Positions 1-12,832 are shown, counted from the whole stretch's first letter. The stretch is DNA of 63,216 nt, filler included, from Asterionella formosa (GCA_002256025.1; 25 parts of 25 records of this genome joined end to end with filler, not necessarily neighbours in it), one strand, 5' to 3'. Notes: a model not told the origin generated them from the letters alone. Made by a program: numbers and translations.

Positions 1-1505
1 GTTGCAAATTGCCATTCGCACATGCTCTGCCTTTAATGCTCTTGTCTCTGCCTCTTTTCAACCCAAACAATTTAGACTTTCCATTGCACGTCGCTTTTCG
101 ATATTGGTTAGGTCTTCAATCCTAATCGGTTCAAATACAACTCTATCATGTAGTTGTTTCATTTCTTTATTCACAGCGTCTCTTCCTTTCTGGCCAAATT
201 TCTTGAGGCCTTTCCTTAAGCTGTATGACTGAACAAATTGAAATGCTTCTTTATCGATACACATCTCATTCATATAACACGTTGTCTTTGCGATCACTTT
301 CGCATTATCAGTCGTGTATTCTTCTCGACAGTGTGCTTGGGTATGCAAATGATTTTGGACCATAGTTAGTTTTGATGGTGGTCTTGAGACTTTTCCAGAC
401 CTTGCTTGTAGTTCTAACATTCGGTTCTGTGTCATCCTGAGTGCTTGGATTGACTTCTAACATTGCCTCTTCATTTTCAGTTTCATTTACTGGCTCTTCA
501 TCCTCGTCTTGGATTTCATCTGCATTCATTTCAACATTATTTTCATTGTTGCCCTCAGGTTCAGGGTCATCCTCTTGGATATTGTTGTTTAATTCGAGCT
601 GTTCTGCTTCATATATTTCATCCGGAGTCATTTCATCATATTCTTCTTCTCCGAGAATTTCATCGTTGCTTTTGTCATCACTAGTGTGTTGATCTTCATA
701 ATCTTCATCTTGTGCATCTTTAAATGCTTCATTATCATAATCCACTCCTACAATCCAAGCACTATCATAAAAAAATTGTCTCGTTCGATTTGCTATCTTG
801 AGACCATCTGGCATATTTTCCTGCACAGCAAGGGCGTGTACTTGATTCATGATTGCTGGGGTAAGTGGTAGAGGAGTAACTGTTCGTTGATTCATGATTG
901 CTGGGGTAAGTGGTAGAGGAGTAATTGCCGTCTAGTGATCAATGAATTTGTAGGTAGGTGTAACAATTCATGACCTCCTTGCACATTGTCATTGAAGCGT
1001 AGAAAAATGCAATCTAGGCTGCGAGGTGCATTAGTGTTTGAAAACACAGGTTCTTCATGTGCTTGGACATAAGTGCCAAATGTATACAGGCAATGTCGAG
1101 TATAGTCCTGGTTTTGCTGATGTAAAATCATACGAGGACTGTAATACAGGGATATCCCGTTTTTTGCCGGAAAGAAATTCAGTGTCTTTGCAGATTCTGT
1201 CGCTAGAATCTTAATCATCAGTTGTGGCAAATGTTTGAAAGGTAATCGATGATAAGCTGCGCGCACGCGTTCTTTAATCACTCGATTATTTCGCTCCGCT
1301 TCAGGAACATGTTCTTGTGGGTTTGCGTAGTTCATAGTGACTTGAAATTCATTGGAAATTTGTTCCATCAAAGGTCGAAACTCGTTGTCACAGTGGATTG
1401 TTGTAATTTTAAATCCTCCGGTATTATAAACACGGAATACCTGAATCAAAGCATCTCGATAGACTTCAGCTGTCTGATTCTTGACCCATTGCGCTGTCCT
1501 ATACA
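1..1505 (-). mobile_element. Ty1/copia (CoDi-like) retrotransposon fragment: integrase core, acidic linker and start of RT; frameshifted
   Basis: Integrase motifs IHCDNEF and EHVPEAERNNRVIKERVR (ORF 892-1449). The end (QSYSLRKGLKKFG...KEMKQLHDRVVF) is nearly identical to the start of the RT ORF at 44096. Split over three ORFs. Confidence 0.92.
843..924. repeat. Direct tandem duplication (period 44 bp) that frameshifts the copia pol
   Basis: TTGATTCATGATTGCTGGGGTAAGTGGTAGAGGAGTAA occurs at about 843 and 887. Confidence 0.9.
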
Positions 1506-1605
1506 NNNNNNNNNNNNNNNNNNNNNNNNNNNNNNNNNNNNNNNNNNNNTTAATTAATTAANNNNNNNNNNNNNNNNNNNNNNNNNNNNNNNNNNNNNNN
1601 NNNNN
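1506..1605. other. Artificial contig spacer (N44-TTAATTAATTAA-N44), first of 24
   Basis: Identical 100-bp spacer with stops in all six frames. Others start at 3110, 4715, 6319, 7923, 9527, 11124, 12728, 37582, 39185, 40788, 42391, 43994, 45597, 47200, 48802, 50404, 52006, 53608, 55210, 56812, 58414, 60015 and 61616. Confidence 0.99.
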
Positions 1606-1848
1606 GAGCATTTGCCTTCCAGTGGCATCGTAGGACTGAAGCGCATCCAGAAAGATACGCTCCTTTTCGGCTACTGTGAGACGAATGAGTTCCCCACTTT
1701 CCGGATCGACGACACAGTATTCCTCGTCAGGAATGCATTCTTCTTCCTGCAAGTTAGTCTCAAAGAATCGTCCAGACTTGGCGTCGTAAGCGATTTCTCT
1801 CATTCCGCTCGTAATGGTGATCTTTTCGTCGCTTCCTTCTTCGGCCAT
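1606..1848 (-). pseudogene. PGRL1: PGR5-like 1 (PGRL1-like) plastid protein fragment, copy 1, runs off the contig
   Basis: EEYCVVD...RLTVAEKERIFLDALQSY.ATGRQML matches the PGRL1 N-terminal conserved block. This copy has YD where copy 2 has YY. No signal peptide in frame upstream. Confidence 0.72.
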
Positions 1849-1954
1849 TAAAAGTGGACCAGCAACAGGACCAGCTGTTGTCTTTATCTTCCTTAAAGTT
1901 CGATGATCTTAAATTCATTTACCGGTACTGTCCCGCTGTAGTAGCAGCAGTCAA

Positions 1955-2230
1955 AGACATATGGTGTTCTATTTATACAATCCTAAAACTATGATGATTT
2001 ACTATGGTGTTCTATTGCTTGCTTATTACTCCGACTACCGGTACCGCTTTTCAGTTTCACGATCATACAATCCTAAAACTATGATGATTTACTGTCCCAC
2101 TGTAATTGCAACAGTCATGAACATATGGTGTTCTATTTGTTTTTAGTTTTATGATCATACGATCCTAAAACTATGATAATTTACTGTCCCAATGTAATTG
2201 CAACAGTCATGAACATATGGTGTTCTGTTG
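1955..2230. repeat. About 90-bp tandem repeat array next to the PGRL1-like fragment
   Basis: Unit GATCATACAATCCTAAAACTATGATGATTTACTGTCCC...CATATGGTGTTCT starts at 2061 and 2153, with a partial unit near 1960. The homologous arrays at 60497-60850 and about 62535-62880 have one more unit. Confidence 0.9.
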
Positions 2231-3528
2231 CTAGTTTACTACTCCGACTACCCCCAGTATATCACTTACTAAGTGCTACTGGTACTCTGTATATATATAT
2301 ATGATATATTGTTATTGTCATATGATGTACCGGTACACATGAAGAGCTCCCGACCAAAAAAGGGGCTTAAACAATTTGCTACCAAAACCCTGGCGGCTAT
2401 TTAACGGTCTAAATAATTAGTTTCAACGGACGTAGAAAATATCGATGCAAACAAATTTCAGAAACAATTCCGGTACACGTAGTCGTGGAAAACAATGGAC
2501 ATATAGCTAGTGCATTGAGTATTTTCGAATTATGTAAATGCCAGTATGATCATCTCAACCATATCAGATGTCCATATCGAGAGCGCCTTTGAATTTTATA
2601 AATGTATAACACTTTATATATATATATATATATTTACAAATTTTATTTCTATATTCATGGCATATATATTTTTGAAATCGTTCTGTCATGTTAACAAACA
2701 ATGCCTGCTGCTTCATGAAAAGATACGTCTTAGTAAAGCACATTAAAAGAAAAGAAAATTTTCGCAATACATAACGAAAAACATTGTGACTTCGACACAT
2801 TGCGCATTCGAAGGATGGAGAATGTTTAAGGTAATGAAGCCATCAATGTGCGTAGTACTTGGATGACAATCGTTGGGAGACAGGCAGCACAACAACAAAT
2901 TGTTAACTAAACGCAGCCACATTTCCTTTTTTCTCAGTTGATTCAACAGCTCGTTTCGCTTGTTGGGGAGCACCAATGTAAAACAAAACCAAATTGGTAA
3001 GTGCTCTTGTCGCTCGTTGGACCTATTCACTTCTGTTGGAACAAAGCTGACAAAACGTTTACCTTCTCTCAAAGTTAAGATGACAAAAATGTACCGGTAA
3101 GTTTTATTCNNNNNNNNNNNNNNNNNNNNNNNNNNNNNNNNNNNNNNNNNNNNTTAATTAATTAANNNNNNNNNNNNNNNNNNNNNNNNNNNNNNNNNNN
3201 NNNNNNNNNTCTCATACTCCTTCCCGTCTGACGGGTTTCCTCTTACGTAGGACTTGCATGTTATACCACTACCGGTAGTATTGTTATCTTCTTTCTGCTG
3301 CTAGCCTTTGTGCTAGTTTTTGCTATTGACCTTACTCTGTCAATTCTCATTGCTTCTTAATTATATAAGCTTAAACTAAAATTAAGTTTCAATCCCATTC
3401 ATCACACTTCGAGAATCTGTTCTTCGTGTTCCCTTTTCGTTGATGTAAACCTTCTTCTGTTTGATCTAAGACATCAATCTCGTTAGCAAGCTTCTTGACA
3501 TGGGAAAGCACCATTTTGACTCATTGGA

Positions 3529-4576
3529 CTATAGTCGAGTCCACAGTCCTTGTGACTCACTATAGCCATTGATGCTATATTCTTGACATTGATGATCTGT
3601 TTGGCCGCTTCTCACATCAGGCCATCCGAAAATCGAGGTTCCATTCTTGTGATAAGTTTGATTCAATGATCTCAGTAAAGATTCTTTCCAGAATCCATCA
3701 AGCACCAAAGACGGACCCTTCTTACCCCCATGCAAGCACTTGAGCAGCAGCAAGACCGAGATCACGGTGACCAGCCATGCAAACATAGCTTGGCAGGTCA
3801 TGTCTAATAAATGAGGTTGCCTCCTCCAAGTTAGGAATACTGGTAGTTTCACTAGTCTCTGCTGGATCCAACTCAGTGTCATGGTCTGCCTTCCGATTCT
3901 GATGATGAATCAAGATTTGACTGTCCCTTGCTTCTAAAAGCAGTGGCAGTGGCAGTAGCAGCAAGCTGAACTGCTGACTCACAATGCTTCAGAACTGTCA
4001 ACAGCATGGAAATTGCTGCTGGAAATTCATCCACACCATTACTCAATTTAGGTGAAAGAATAGCATTATACCAGTTAAAATAATGTTGTCCATGCTCCTT
4101 GATCGCTTGTCATTTTGCCAAGGATGAAAGACGTGAGATTCCAAGGGGCATTTGTGTGAGAGATACCCAAGCCAAGCCAACCCAGCAGCATACAAAGCCT
4201 TGAAAAAATGGAAACGGAAGCATCCAGAGCACTGCTGCATGCCAAATGTGCCACACACCTGTTCTATGTTTAGCTGGAGTTTTGTTGGTCATGATGTAGG
4301 CCAGGTCAAAAGAACAGGAGGAACAACTTCAGTAACTAAGATGCCAATCACCACAAATGTTGCCAAGACTCGCTCTCCACCCTTGACATAACAACAATAG
4401 GCTTTTTCAAGAACTGCTCCTTGGTCAAAAATAGAGGAACTGGCAATTTCAGGATCATCGACAAGGACAGCATTGAATAGTATTAGTGTGGCAGGTTCCA
4501 GCTGGCCATGTTCATCCTGAACCTCGTTGGTCCTAGCGGGAGCAGGGTCGACATGCATGCGAAACGGAATCATCAT
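3529..4576 (-). mobile_element. Highly decayed non-LTR retrotransposon 3' region (tentative)
   Basis: Broken ORFs with GLAWLGYLS and LL...WL..V patterns resembling the C-terminus of LINE-type ORF2. CpG-poor. Confidence 0.35.
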
Positions 4577-4852
4577 CGTGTGGAATGAATCGCGGTCCTC
4601 TTACTGGTTATGCGCCAGGTTGTGCTTGTTGCCACAGCTTGTCGAGGTGGAGCTGCAGACAATACCACAGGAGCAGCTAAAAGGGCAGAAGAATCGTTGT
4701 CATCTTAAGTGACANNNNNNNNNNNNNNNNNNNNNNNNNNNNNNNNNNNNNNNNNNNNTTAATTAATTAANNNNNNNNNNNNNNNNNNNNNNNNNNNNNN
4801 NNNNNNNNNNNNNNGAGCGAATCCCACTGTCCACTCTCCTGGAGTGCTGAAA

Positions 4853-4914
4853 GGGGAATGGCTTAGTGGCTAGCACACCTCATGAGGTGGCGGGTTTGAT
4901 TCTTGCACGCTCCA
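4853..4914 (+). other. tRNA-like / SINE-head-like sequence with Pol III A and B boxes
   Basis: A-box-like TGGCTTAGTGG (4859-4869), palindrome CACCTCATGAGGTG, B-box-like GGTTTGATTC (4893-4902), ends CTCCA. Does not fold into a full cloverleaf by eye. Confidence 0.35.
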
Positions 4915-4929
4915 ACATAAACTGCAGCA

Positions 4930-5320
4930 TGTTCTGGGCCAGGCGAAATAGTTCAACAAGACAGAGTGAAGTTATTTGGCTTAGCCTCAGCACTGAAGTT
5001 CCTAATGGAATTTATCTATTTCCACAAGATAGCTAATAGCTAAACATTCGGTTGTAAACATATGGACAGGTAGTGCTGCAGCACTGGTGAGAATAAACTT
5101 TCTATCATGGAACAATCACACAGGTCATCACCTTCCAGAAAATGCTGATATTATGTCTCTCATAGAAGAAGTTATCAATACTAGCCTACTACCAGTCACA
5201 GTGAAAATCAGGTGGACTCAAAAGCTCAAGCAAGTGCAATTAAAGTCATCAGTGCAGCTGAATGTAGTGGCTGACGCCATCATGACGCGGTGCCAGGCAG
5301 ACTGCAGCCAAAAGAAATAA
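4930..5320 (+). mobile_element. Decayed RNase H domain of a non-LTR retrotransposon
   Basis: SSTR/ELFGLASAL, PENADIMSLI, VKIRW and VQLNVVADA resemble RNase H motifs (S.RAE..G; N..AD..A). Frameshifted. Confidence 0.55.
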
Positions 5321-6418
5321 TAAGTCCCCTCATTATCCAATGATGCAGGCAGGGCAGCTTACTTGTTGATCAGTGTCATATACTACACACAGCCACTGCT
5401 GAACACATGCAGCAGAATATAAAGCTTAGAGAGTACAAGCAGTGATCTGAGGAGAAATATGACAAAAACAAGAAGAAAGTGGACGACTGGGAAAAACGCT
5501 TAGCTGAATAAAGGGGAGAGGAGCGAAGAACCACCACAACAATGCTTGCTTACTAAATACATCCATGGTTTTTGGCTGGTTTTCAACAGGAGCACGAAGA
5601 CTGCTAACAATGCATCAGGGAATAGACAAGCGGAGCAAGAGAAAACAATAAACATATCATGGCATGTCAGCATCCAAAAAATCATGTTTATAAGAGATAC
5701 ACATAGCTAGGTCCACAATGTCAAGGAAAGTTCACCAAAGCAACCACAACAGGAAAAAGTAACATCAGTGTGGATAGAAACCTTTAAACATTTTATCTCC
5801 CAGACCACGGAAAGATTCATCCTAAGATTTGCACCAGGCCCACAGTATCAAACATGCAAAAATAAAATTCTCTAAGAAAACCTATGACTTAACAAGGGTA
5901 CTGCCACCACACATCAGCAAAACCACTGGAGCAAAACTCAACCAAAGTGCAAAGTAATCTTTGGTCTGGGCAACCACAGTAATACGAACCCAACTATGAT
6001 ACTACTAGGAGGTGATCAAGGCAGCATGACAGGAACCAGACAACACACTCCACATTGGAAAGAGCAACTTAATATCAACGCAATTGGAATATGATGGAAA
6101 AACTTAAGACATGATATTATTTCCACTAATGCCCTGTCAAAATCCTTGAACATGTGAGAGTAATCACAGTGGATAATTCAATGTAGAGGACGATAGTATG
6201 GGATGTGACTCATTGGTCATGATGAAATAGGCACGAAGAAATAGTCAGGAATCAACTGTTGGCTGATTTAAATGATTCCTGAGGCAGCAACATGTTCAGA
6301 TAGTAGGGCGATGTGGGANNNNNNNNNNNNNNNNNNNNNNNNNNNNNNNNNNNNNNNNNNNNTTAATTAATTAANNNNNNNNNNNNNNNNNNNNNNNNNN
6401 NNNNNNNNNNNNNNNNNN

Positions 6419-7922
6419 TGTTGCCCGAAAGGTTGCCGCCGTTGACCAGGTTTGAAGTAGCGTGGCCTTCATTTAGAATTATATTTGGGCAGCTGTTCGA
6501 GTTAAGGGCATCATATGCAATGTGAAATGCTTCGAGTTCGGAATCGGCAGAAGGCGTATCTGATTCTAACAAGGCAGTAACGGCGTAAGATGCATCACTT
6601 GCCGACATGAGGGACTTGTATCCTGTGACGCGGACAAAGCTGGTGAATTCGAGCTTGTCGAGGCCATAGTCCTGAGATTGAGTTACATTGTGTTAGACCT
6701 TCGTCAAGTAGCATGCTTCGCAAACAAGAAAATAAAGCCTACCATTGCATAATCAGACATCTTCTCCTTGATTTGCCTTCGAAACTTTGGTTTCATGAAA
6801 GCATATGGCTGACGGCATTCGTCTAGTGGAAAACCCATCTTTGCCAAGAGCTCCTGTAATCGCTGCATGCCTTGTGACGTCCATAGTTGAAGCCGAGTCG
6901 AAACATAGGAAGAATAAATCATGCTGTCCAGCAAAGAAGTGTGCCGCAATAAAAAGAATCGATAGTCTTGATCTGTCAAAATGCGTCCCGTTTCGCTCAA
7001 CGACACATGAGTTCCCCTCTGACCAGGGGCCACTACGGTGCCCGCTAAATCTTCTGCCACGATATGATCTCTACTAAAGCTATCATCTGGGAAGAGCTTT
7101 CCGCATGACTGTTTCAACTCCATTGAAAGGGCTGTATACCCTGTTAAGTCAATACGGGCGTGCATGTATGCATCCGTGAGACCGACACATGCCAACCACA
7201 ACAAGTCTCCCTTGTTCCCAAACCGGAGTTGGGAAGCAAGTCGAAATGCGATCCAGGCGACGGGAGACCCGTAGAAGGAACCACCGGAATAGTACATACG
7301 AAGCCGGTCCAGACGTTGCTGATGCAATACGCGAGGAGACAAGTCAGTACGATCGTCCTTTTCGGGACTATTGTCCACTGTCTTGGTGGTGACGCTTTCA
7401 TCATCGTCTAGCTTACGTTTCTTGGCATCGGGAGACTTTGGTTCGTCAGCATCATCATCTTCGACTTCTCCGTCATAATCTCGATCACTATCATCGCTGC
7501 TAGATGCCTTCTCTTGATCCCTGCCATTTCCTTTTTTCATAAACTCTTCGTCGCCTCCGCTATTGTCATCATCTTTATCATCTTCCCTGCCTTCGTCACT
7601 TTCGTCATCTTCACTGTCTTCACTCTCCTCTTCGGAACTAGTGTCATCTTTTCCAGACAAGTTATCTCCATCAGATGGGACGTCGTCGGGCTGAATCGAA
7701 TCCCAAAAAATGACAATGTTCTGGCCTGCATGCACATTTGCGAGATGGACGGGTCGTCGACAATCCATGACATATACTTTCGAGCATTCCTTTAACAGTC
7801 TTGGTCTAAAAAGCTTGGTCAAGTTACGAGATGCACCAAGATTCAACAACAAGATTGCCTTGCAATCATCTGCCTCCTCGAGCATTCTCTCCAAACTGCT
7901 GTAGGTCCAACAAGGGCGAAGT
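6419..7922 (-). CDS. CDC45: Cell division control protein 45 (replication helicase component), internal part, two exons
   Basis: ILLLNLGA, VYVMDCRRPVHLANV, acidic loop, LLWLACVGLTD, FFLLRHTSLLDS and ELLAKMGFPLDECRQ. After the intron it continues GLDKLEFTSFVR...SASDASYAVTALLE. Confidence 0.96.
6672..6742 (-). other. 71-bp GT-AG intron in CDC45
   Basis: ATG|GTAGGC...CTCAG|GAC. Splicing gives ...DYAM-DYGLDKLEF in frame. Confidence 0.88.
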
Positions 7923-8824
7923 NNNNNNNNNNNNNNNNNNNNNNNNNNNNNNNNNNNNNNNNNNNNTTAATTAATTAANNNNNNNNNNNNNNNNNNNNNN
8001 NNNNNNNNNNNNNNNNNNNNNNGTTCTTGTGCACTTCACGTAAATCATATTTACTATTATAGTACTGAACAAGATTACTTGTCGTGGTTTCATGTGATGG
8101 TTCACAATCATGCGGTTATTTCCAAGGCAGTACTAGTTGATTTTAAAACTAATTATTATAGAAGTGCAAGATAACATTTTTAGAGGATAAATCATTGCGA
8201 AAGACAAAATACTGATTGATCATACAGAAATAATGATTGATTGATTAATATTGCTGCATTGATCTTGCGTATAATTACCATAGATCATATACATATTATG
8301 AAATGTGTAATCGATTGCATTTGTAACATTAATGACGAATCACATTTAGTAGTATACACTCATCATATATATATATCAATTAGTTTCAAATAAATAGATC
8401 ATAAAATATGCTTATGATCAATACAGCACTCTCACTCTTATTATCAACTAACATTTTGGTGTTCGATCTAAAGATAGTAATCGTGAGATCAAATCAGTTA
8501 TTGATTCGATCTAACCTTTGGAATACTAATATCAAATAGAATTTTTAGCTTCCGATCTAACGTTCATTACTACTGATCTAACTAATTTCTCTCATTGATC
8601 AAACCTATTATCATGTTCGATCAATGATGAACACAAATCGAATTAAATGGATTGCCATTTAATACTCAAAAATTCTACTTCTGGTCACCCATACTTTCCA
8701 CTGAGCATCCTCTATCAGAATGAGCACACAGTGGTCTTCAATACCTTAATTTTAGATCATTGCCTTTTCAAAATGAAATGAGAGAGTAAACAAAATTGAT
8801 GATGCTTTATTCGAACCCCTACCA

Positions 8825-9270
8825 TTGCGAATGGCAGCAAGTCACATTCTGCAATGTTCTTGCACGACTTTCCTGTAAGAGATAATAACAACAATGTTAG
8901 CAAAACTGTTGCATCAAGTAAGCAAGGCAGCCATCTAAACATAGATACGTGCAACAAAACGATCACATGAACAATCCATCACTCAAATTTCCGCATGAGC
9001 AGGCAATGTGCATATTACTTACCTGCGCTCTCATGGTTGATTGTTGCTTGCATTAAGAATGGTAGCAAGCCACATTCTCCAAGGTTCCTGTATGATTTTG
9101 AGGAGATAATATCAATGTTAGCAAAAGTGTTGCAATGATTAAAGCATCTCCAGCCACACATGTGCCATGAACTGATGACATAAACAATCATTATACTAGT
9201 AACTTCACGTCATTCTAATCGATATAACAAGTATCAAATGAGATTATAGTAACTTACCTTTGCTCTCACT
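8825..9270. repeat. Two diverged direct repeats (about 230 bp) carrying minus-strand GTAAG donor-like sites
   Basis: GAATGG(C/T)AGCAAG.CACATTCT...AATGTTAGCAAAA.TGTTGCA at about 8829 and 9057. ACTTACCT motifs near 9017 and 9252. Confidence 0.6.
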
Positions 9271-9904
9271 GTTGATTGATGGGTGACAGGTCGCGTTGTT
9301 AACCCTCACATCTGCATATATGGAAGGGAAAGATGTTATTAATGTCGAAATCCAAATTATTGGACACAGACACTACAAAGCCTCTGCAGCATTGTGCACA
9401 AAGCAAATTAAGTCCTGTTTCTTACCTTGTAATTAGGTTGATTTTTATCGTTGGTCCTGAGGAAGTGTAGATACTTTGAGTGGTAGCAGCGCACACGAAC
9501 AACGATACAATTTTATAGTTTGCTTCNNNNNNNNNNNNNNNNNNNNNNNNNNNNNNNNNNNNNNNNNNNNTTAATTAATTAANNNNNNNNNNNNNNNNNN
9601 NNNNNNNNNNNNNNNNNNNNNNNNNNACAGAGGCTGCTCTATTGCTACCGGTATTATAGTCGAATGCGCGAGCGTGCGGTCACATCAGCTCCGCAGCTTC
9701 CATGGGAGTTCTCGATATTATGTGTGTTGTGTCCATCCACTGTCCACTGTCCATTGTATGTATCAAAATGGTTCCATTCTATTACCATCACCCGGTAGCG
9801 AAGTGTCCAAGGCCTCCTATCAACAACTGTTCAACAAACATGTAATTCAAGTTGGAACATGGGAACACGAGAAGAGCATGGTGTGGTACGAAATGATTAT
9901 TTCG

Positions 9905-10140
9905 TGAGATCTGATCTTATTTCATTTTATCTGATCTGATCTGATTTCATGTCATTTGATTTCATTTTATCTGATCTGATTTCATGTCATGTCATCTGAT
10001 TTTATATGATTTCTTTTCATCTCATCTCATCTCATCTCATCTCGTCTCATCTGATTTCTTTCATCTGATCTGATCTGATCTGATCTGATTTCATCTCATT
10101 TTATTTCATCATCTCATCTGCTCATCTGCTCATCTGCTCA
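9905..10140. repeat. Degenerate pentanucleotide satellite (ATCTG/ATCTC/ATTTC/ATGTC), mirrored at about 12208-12440
   Basis: Read directly from the sequence. Confidence 0.92.
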
Positions 10141-10993
10141 CTATTGGAGTTTTTGATGAACAGTGTAGGTACCCGATCAAAAGCCTATTCGATACGTGTA
10201 CGCCCGGTCGGTCCGGTGTGGCAAGCATGCTGGATTCATTGCAAACTGGAGAGATATGACGTTGACATAAACAAACTCAATTAATGTCTGGTTGGAAAAG
10301 AGCACACCTTCGGGGATTTTTTCCCTCTTATTGGAGACATTTATACGTTGGTTCCCTTGGAGATCGCGGCGGGTGAGAAACTGTTGCCTGCCACCAAGCC
10401 TGTTGGTGCCCAGGTTTTAAATTAAATCAGTTACGGTCGCTAAGGGCTTGAATCGCAACAAGTGTCGTTCACTATATTCGTGTCTAAAACCCTAAAACCC
10501 AATGATGATGATTATGTCATTCCAGACTACCGGTACCAGTATTTCGAAGTGTACAAATGTTTGTTACCGACTAACGCAAATGCACCTACAATGCAGAATG
10601 TAGAGATGAATATAAGATGTAGCTATAGAGTCACTATAATGAAATAAGTCCAATTGTTCTATAGCTATAGCGATAGCTATAGCTTCTATAAGACAAAGTA
10701 ATCGTCACACCCGAAAATAAGTTAATGCCTTCTACTATAATACAAAGTAGTCATCAACGAAAAGAAAAGCTTCATAGCTCTATAGCTCTATAATACATTG
10801 TTGTAATTCGCCGCCTCATTGGTTTGTGAGAACGGTCTACCTGTTGTGAGATCAGACCAGAAGAAGACAATTGAACTCGAGGGCGTACCCCCGTAGGGGT
10901 TACTGGGTCCCAAACCAGTTGTTACTTGAACGATCGAGTGTGTCTTCTAAGGAAACATTTCACAGCGAGCAAACCGAACTTGATAGAATTTCA

Positions 10994-11023
<30 letters not shown>
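10994..11023. repeat. (GTT)n microsatellite, mirrored as (AAC)n at about 11324-11353
   Basis: Read directly from the sequence. Confidence 0.95.
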
Positions 11024-11025
<2 letters not shown>

Positions 11026-11321
11026 TCGCTGTATTTGTTGTTTTTGTTCTTCATTTAGTAGTTTTGTTCAGTTCAAGTGGTGCAGACGGTACATTTACAA
11101 TAGCAGTCACACTGATATCTTTCNNNNNNNNNNNNNNNNNNNNNNNNNNNNNNNNNNNNNNNNNNNNTTAATTAATTAANNNNNNNNNNNNNNNNNNNNN
11201 NNNNNNNNNNNNNNNNNNNNNNNGAAAGATATCAGTGTGACTGCTATTGTAAATGTACCGTCTGCACCACTTGAACTGAACAAAACTACTAAATGAAGAA
11301 CAAAAACAACAAATACAGCGA

Positions 11322-11353
<32 letters not shown>

Positions 11354-12832
11354 TGAAATTCTATCAAGTTCGGTTTGCTCGCTGTGAAATGTTTCCTTAG
11401 AAGACACACTCGATCGTTCAAGTAACAACTGGTTTGGGACCCAGTAACCCCTACGGGGGTACGCCCTCGAGTTCAATTGTCTTCTTCTGGTCTGATCTCA
11501 CAACAGGTAGACCGTTCTCACAAACCAATGAGGCGGCGAATTACAACAATGTATTATAGAGCTATAGAGCTATGAAGCTTTTCTTTTCGTTGATGACTAC
11601 TTTGTATTATAGTAGAAGGCATTAACTTATTTTCGGGTGTGACGATTACTTTGTCTTATAGAAGCTATAGCTATCGCTATAGCTATAGAACAATTGGACT
11701 TATTTCATTATAGTGACTCTATAGCTACATCTTATATTCATCTCTACATTCTGCATTGTAGGTGCATTTGCGTTAGTCGGTAACAAACATTTGTACACTT
11801 CGAAATACTGGTACCGGTAGTCTGGAATGACATAATCATCATCATTGGGTTTTAGGGTTTTAGACACGAATATAGTGAACGACACTTGTTGCGATTCAAG
11901 CCCTTAGCGACCGCAACTGATTTAATTTAAAACCTGGGCACCAACAGGCTTGGTGGCAGGCAACAGTTTCTCACCCGCCGCGATCTCCAAGGGAACCAAC
12001 GTATAAATGTCTCCAATAAGAGGGAAAAAATCCCCGAAGGTGTGCTCTTTTCCAACCAGACATTAATTGAGTTTGTTTATGTCAACGTCATATCTCTCCA
12101 GTTTGCAATGAATCCAGCATGCTTGCCACACCGGACCGACCGGGCGTACACGTATCGAATAGGCTTTTGATCGGGTACCTACACTGTTCATCAAAAACTC
12201 CAATAGTGAGCAGATGAGCAGATGAGCAGATGAGATGATGAAATAAAATGAGATGAAATCAGATCAGATCAGATCAGATCAGATGAAAGAAATCAGATGA
12301 GACGAGATGAGATGAGATGAGATGAGATGAAAAGAAATGAAATCAGATCAGATAAAATCAGATGACATGACATGAAATCAGATCAGATAAAATGAAATCA
12401 AATGACATGAAATCAGATCAGATGAAATGATATCAGATCTCACGAAATAATCATCTCGTACCACACCATGCTCTTCTCGTGTTCCCATGTTCCAACTTGA
12501 ATTACATATTTGTTGAACAGTTGTTGATAGGAGGCCTTGGACACTTCGCTACCGGGTGATGGTAATAGAATGGAACCATTTTGATACATACAATGGACAG
12601 TGGACAGTGGATGGACAATGGACACAACACACATAATATCGAGAACTCCCATGGAAGCTGCGGAGCTGATGTGACCGCACGCTCGCGTATTCGACTATAA
12701 TACCGGTAGCAATAGAGCAGCCTCTGTNNNNNNNNNNNNNNNNNNNNNNNNNNNNNNNNNNNNNNNNNNNNTTAATTAATTAANNNNNNNNNNNNNNNNN
12801 NNNNNNNNNNNNNNNNNNNNNNNNNNNAGAAT

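Larger units (their letters stand above)
9627..12727. repeat. Two contigs (9627-11123 and 11224-12727) that are near-identical reverse complements (haplotigs or repeat copies)
   Basis: Same end points. They differ by a few SNPs, a 7-bp TGTCCAT indel and changes in the satellite. Confidence 0.95.

Noticed and set aside
1955..2230. CRISPR array
   Set aside because: The units are contiguous ~90-bp tandem repeats with no unique spacers, there are no cas genes, and the context is eukaryotic.
10871..11476. Poly-Cys and poly-Val ORFs
   Set aside because: They are translations of a (GTT)n microsatellite.
9627..12727. 3.1-kb giant palindrome or hairpin end
   Set aside because: The centre is the artificial spacer. 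These are two separate contigs that happen to be reverse complements.
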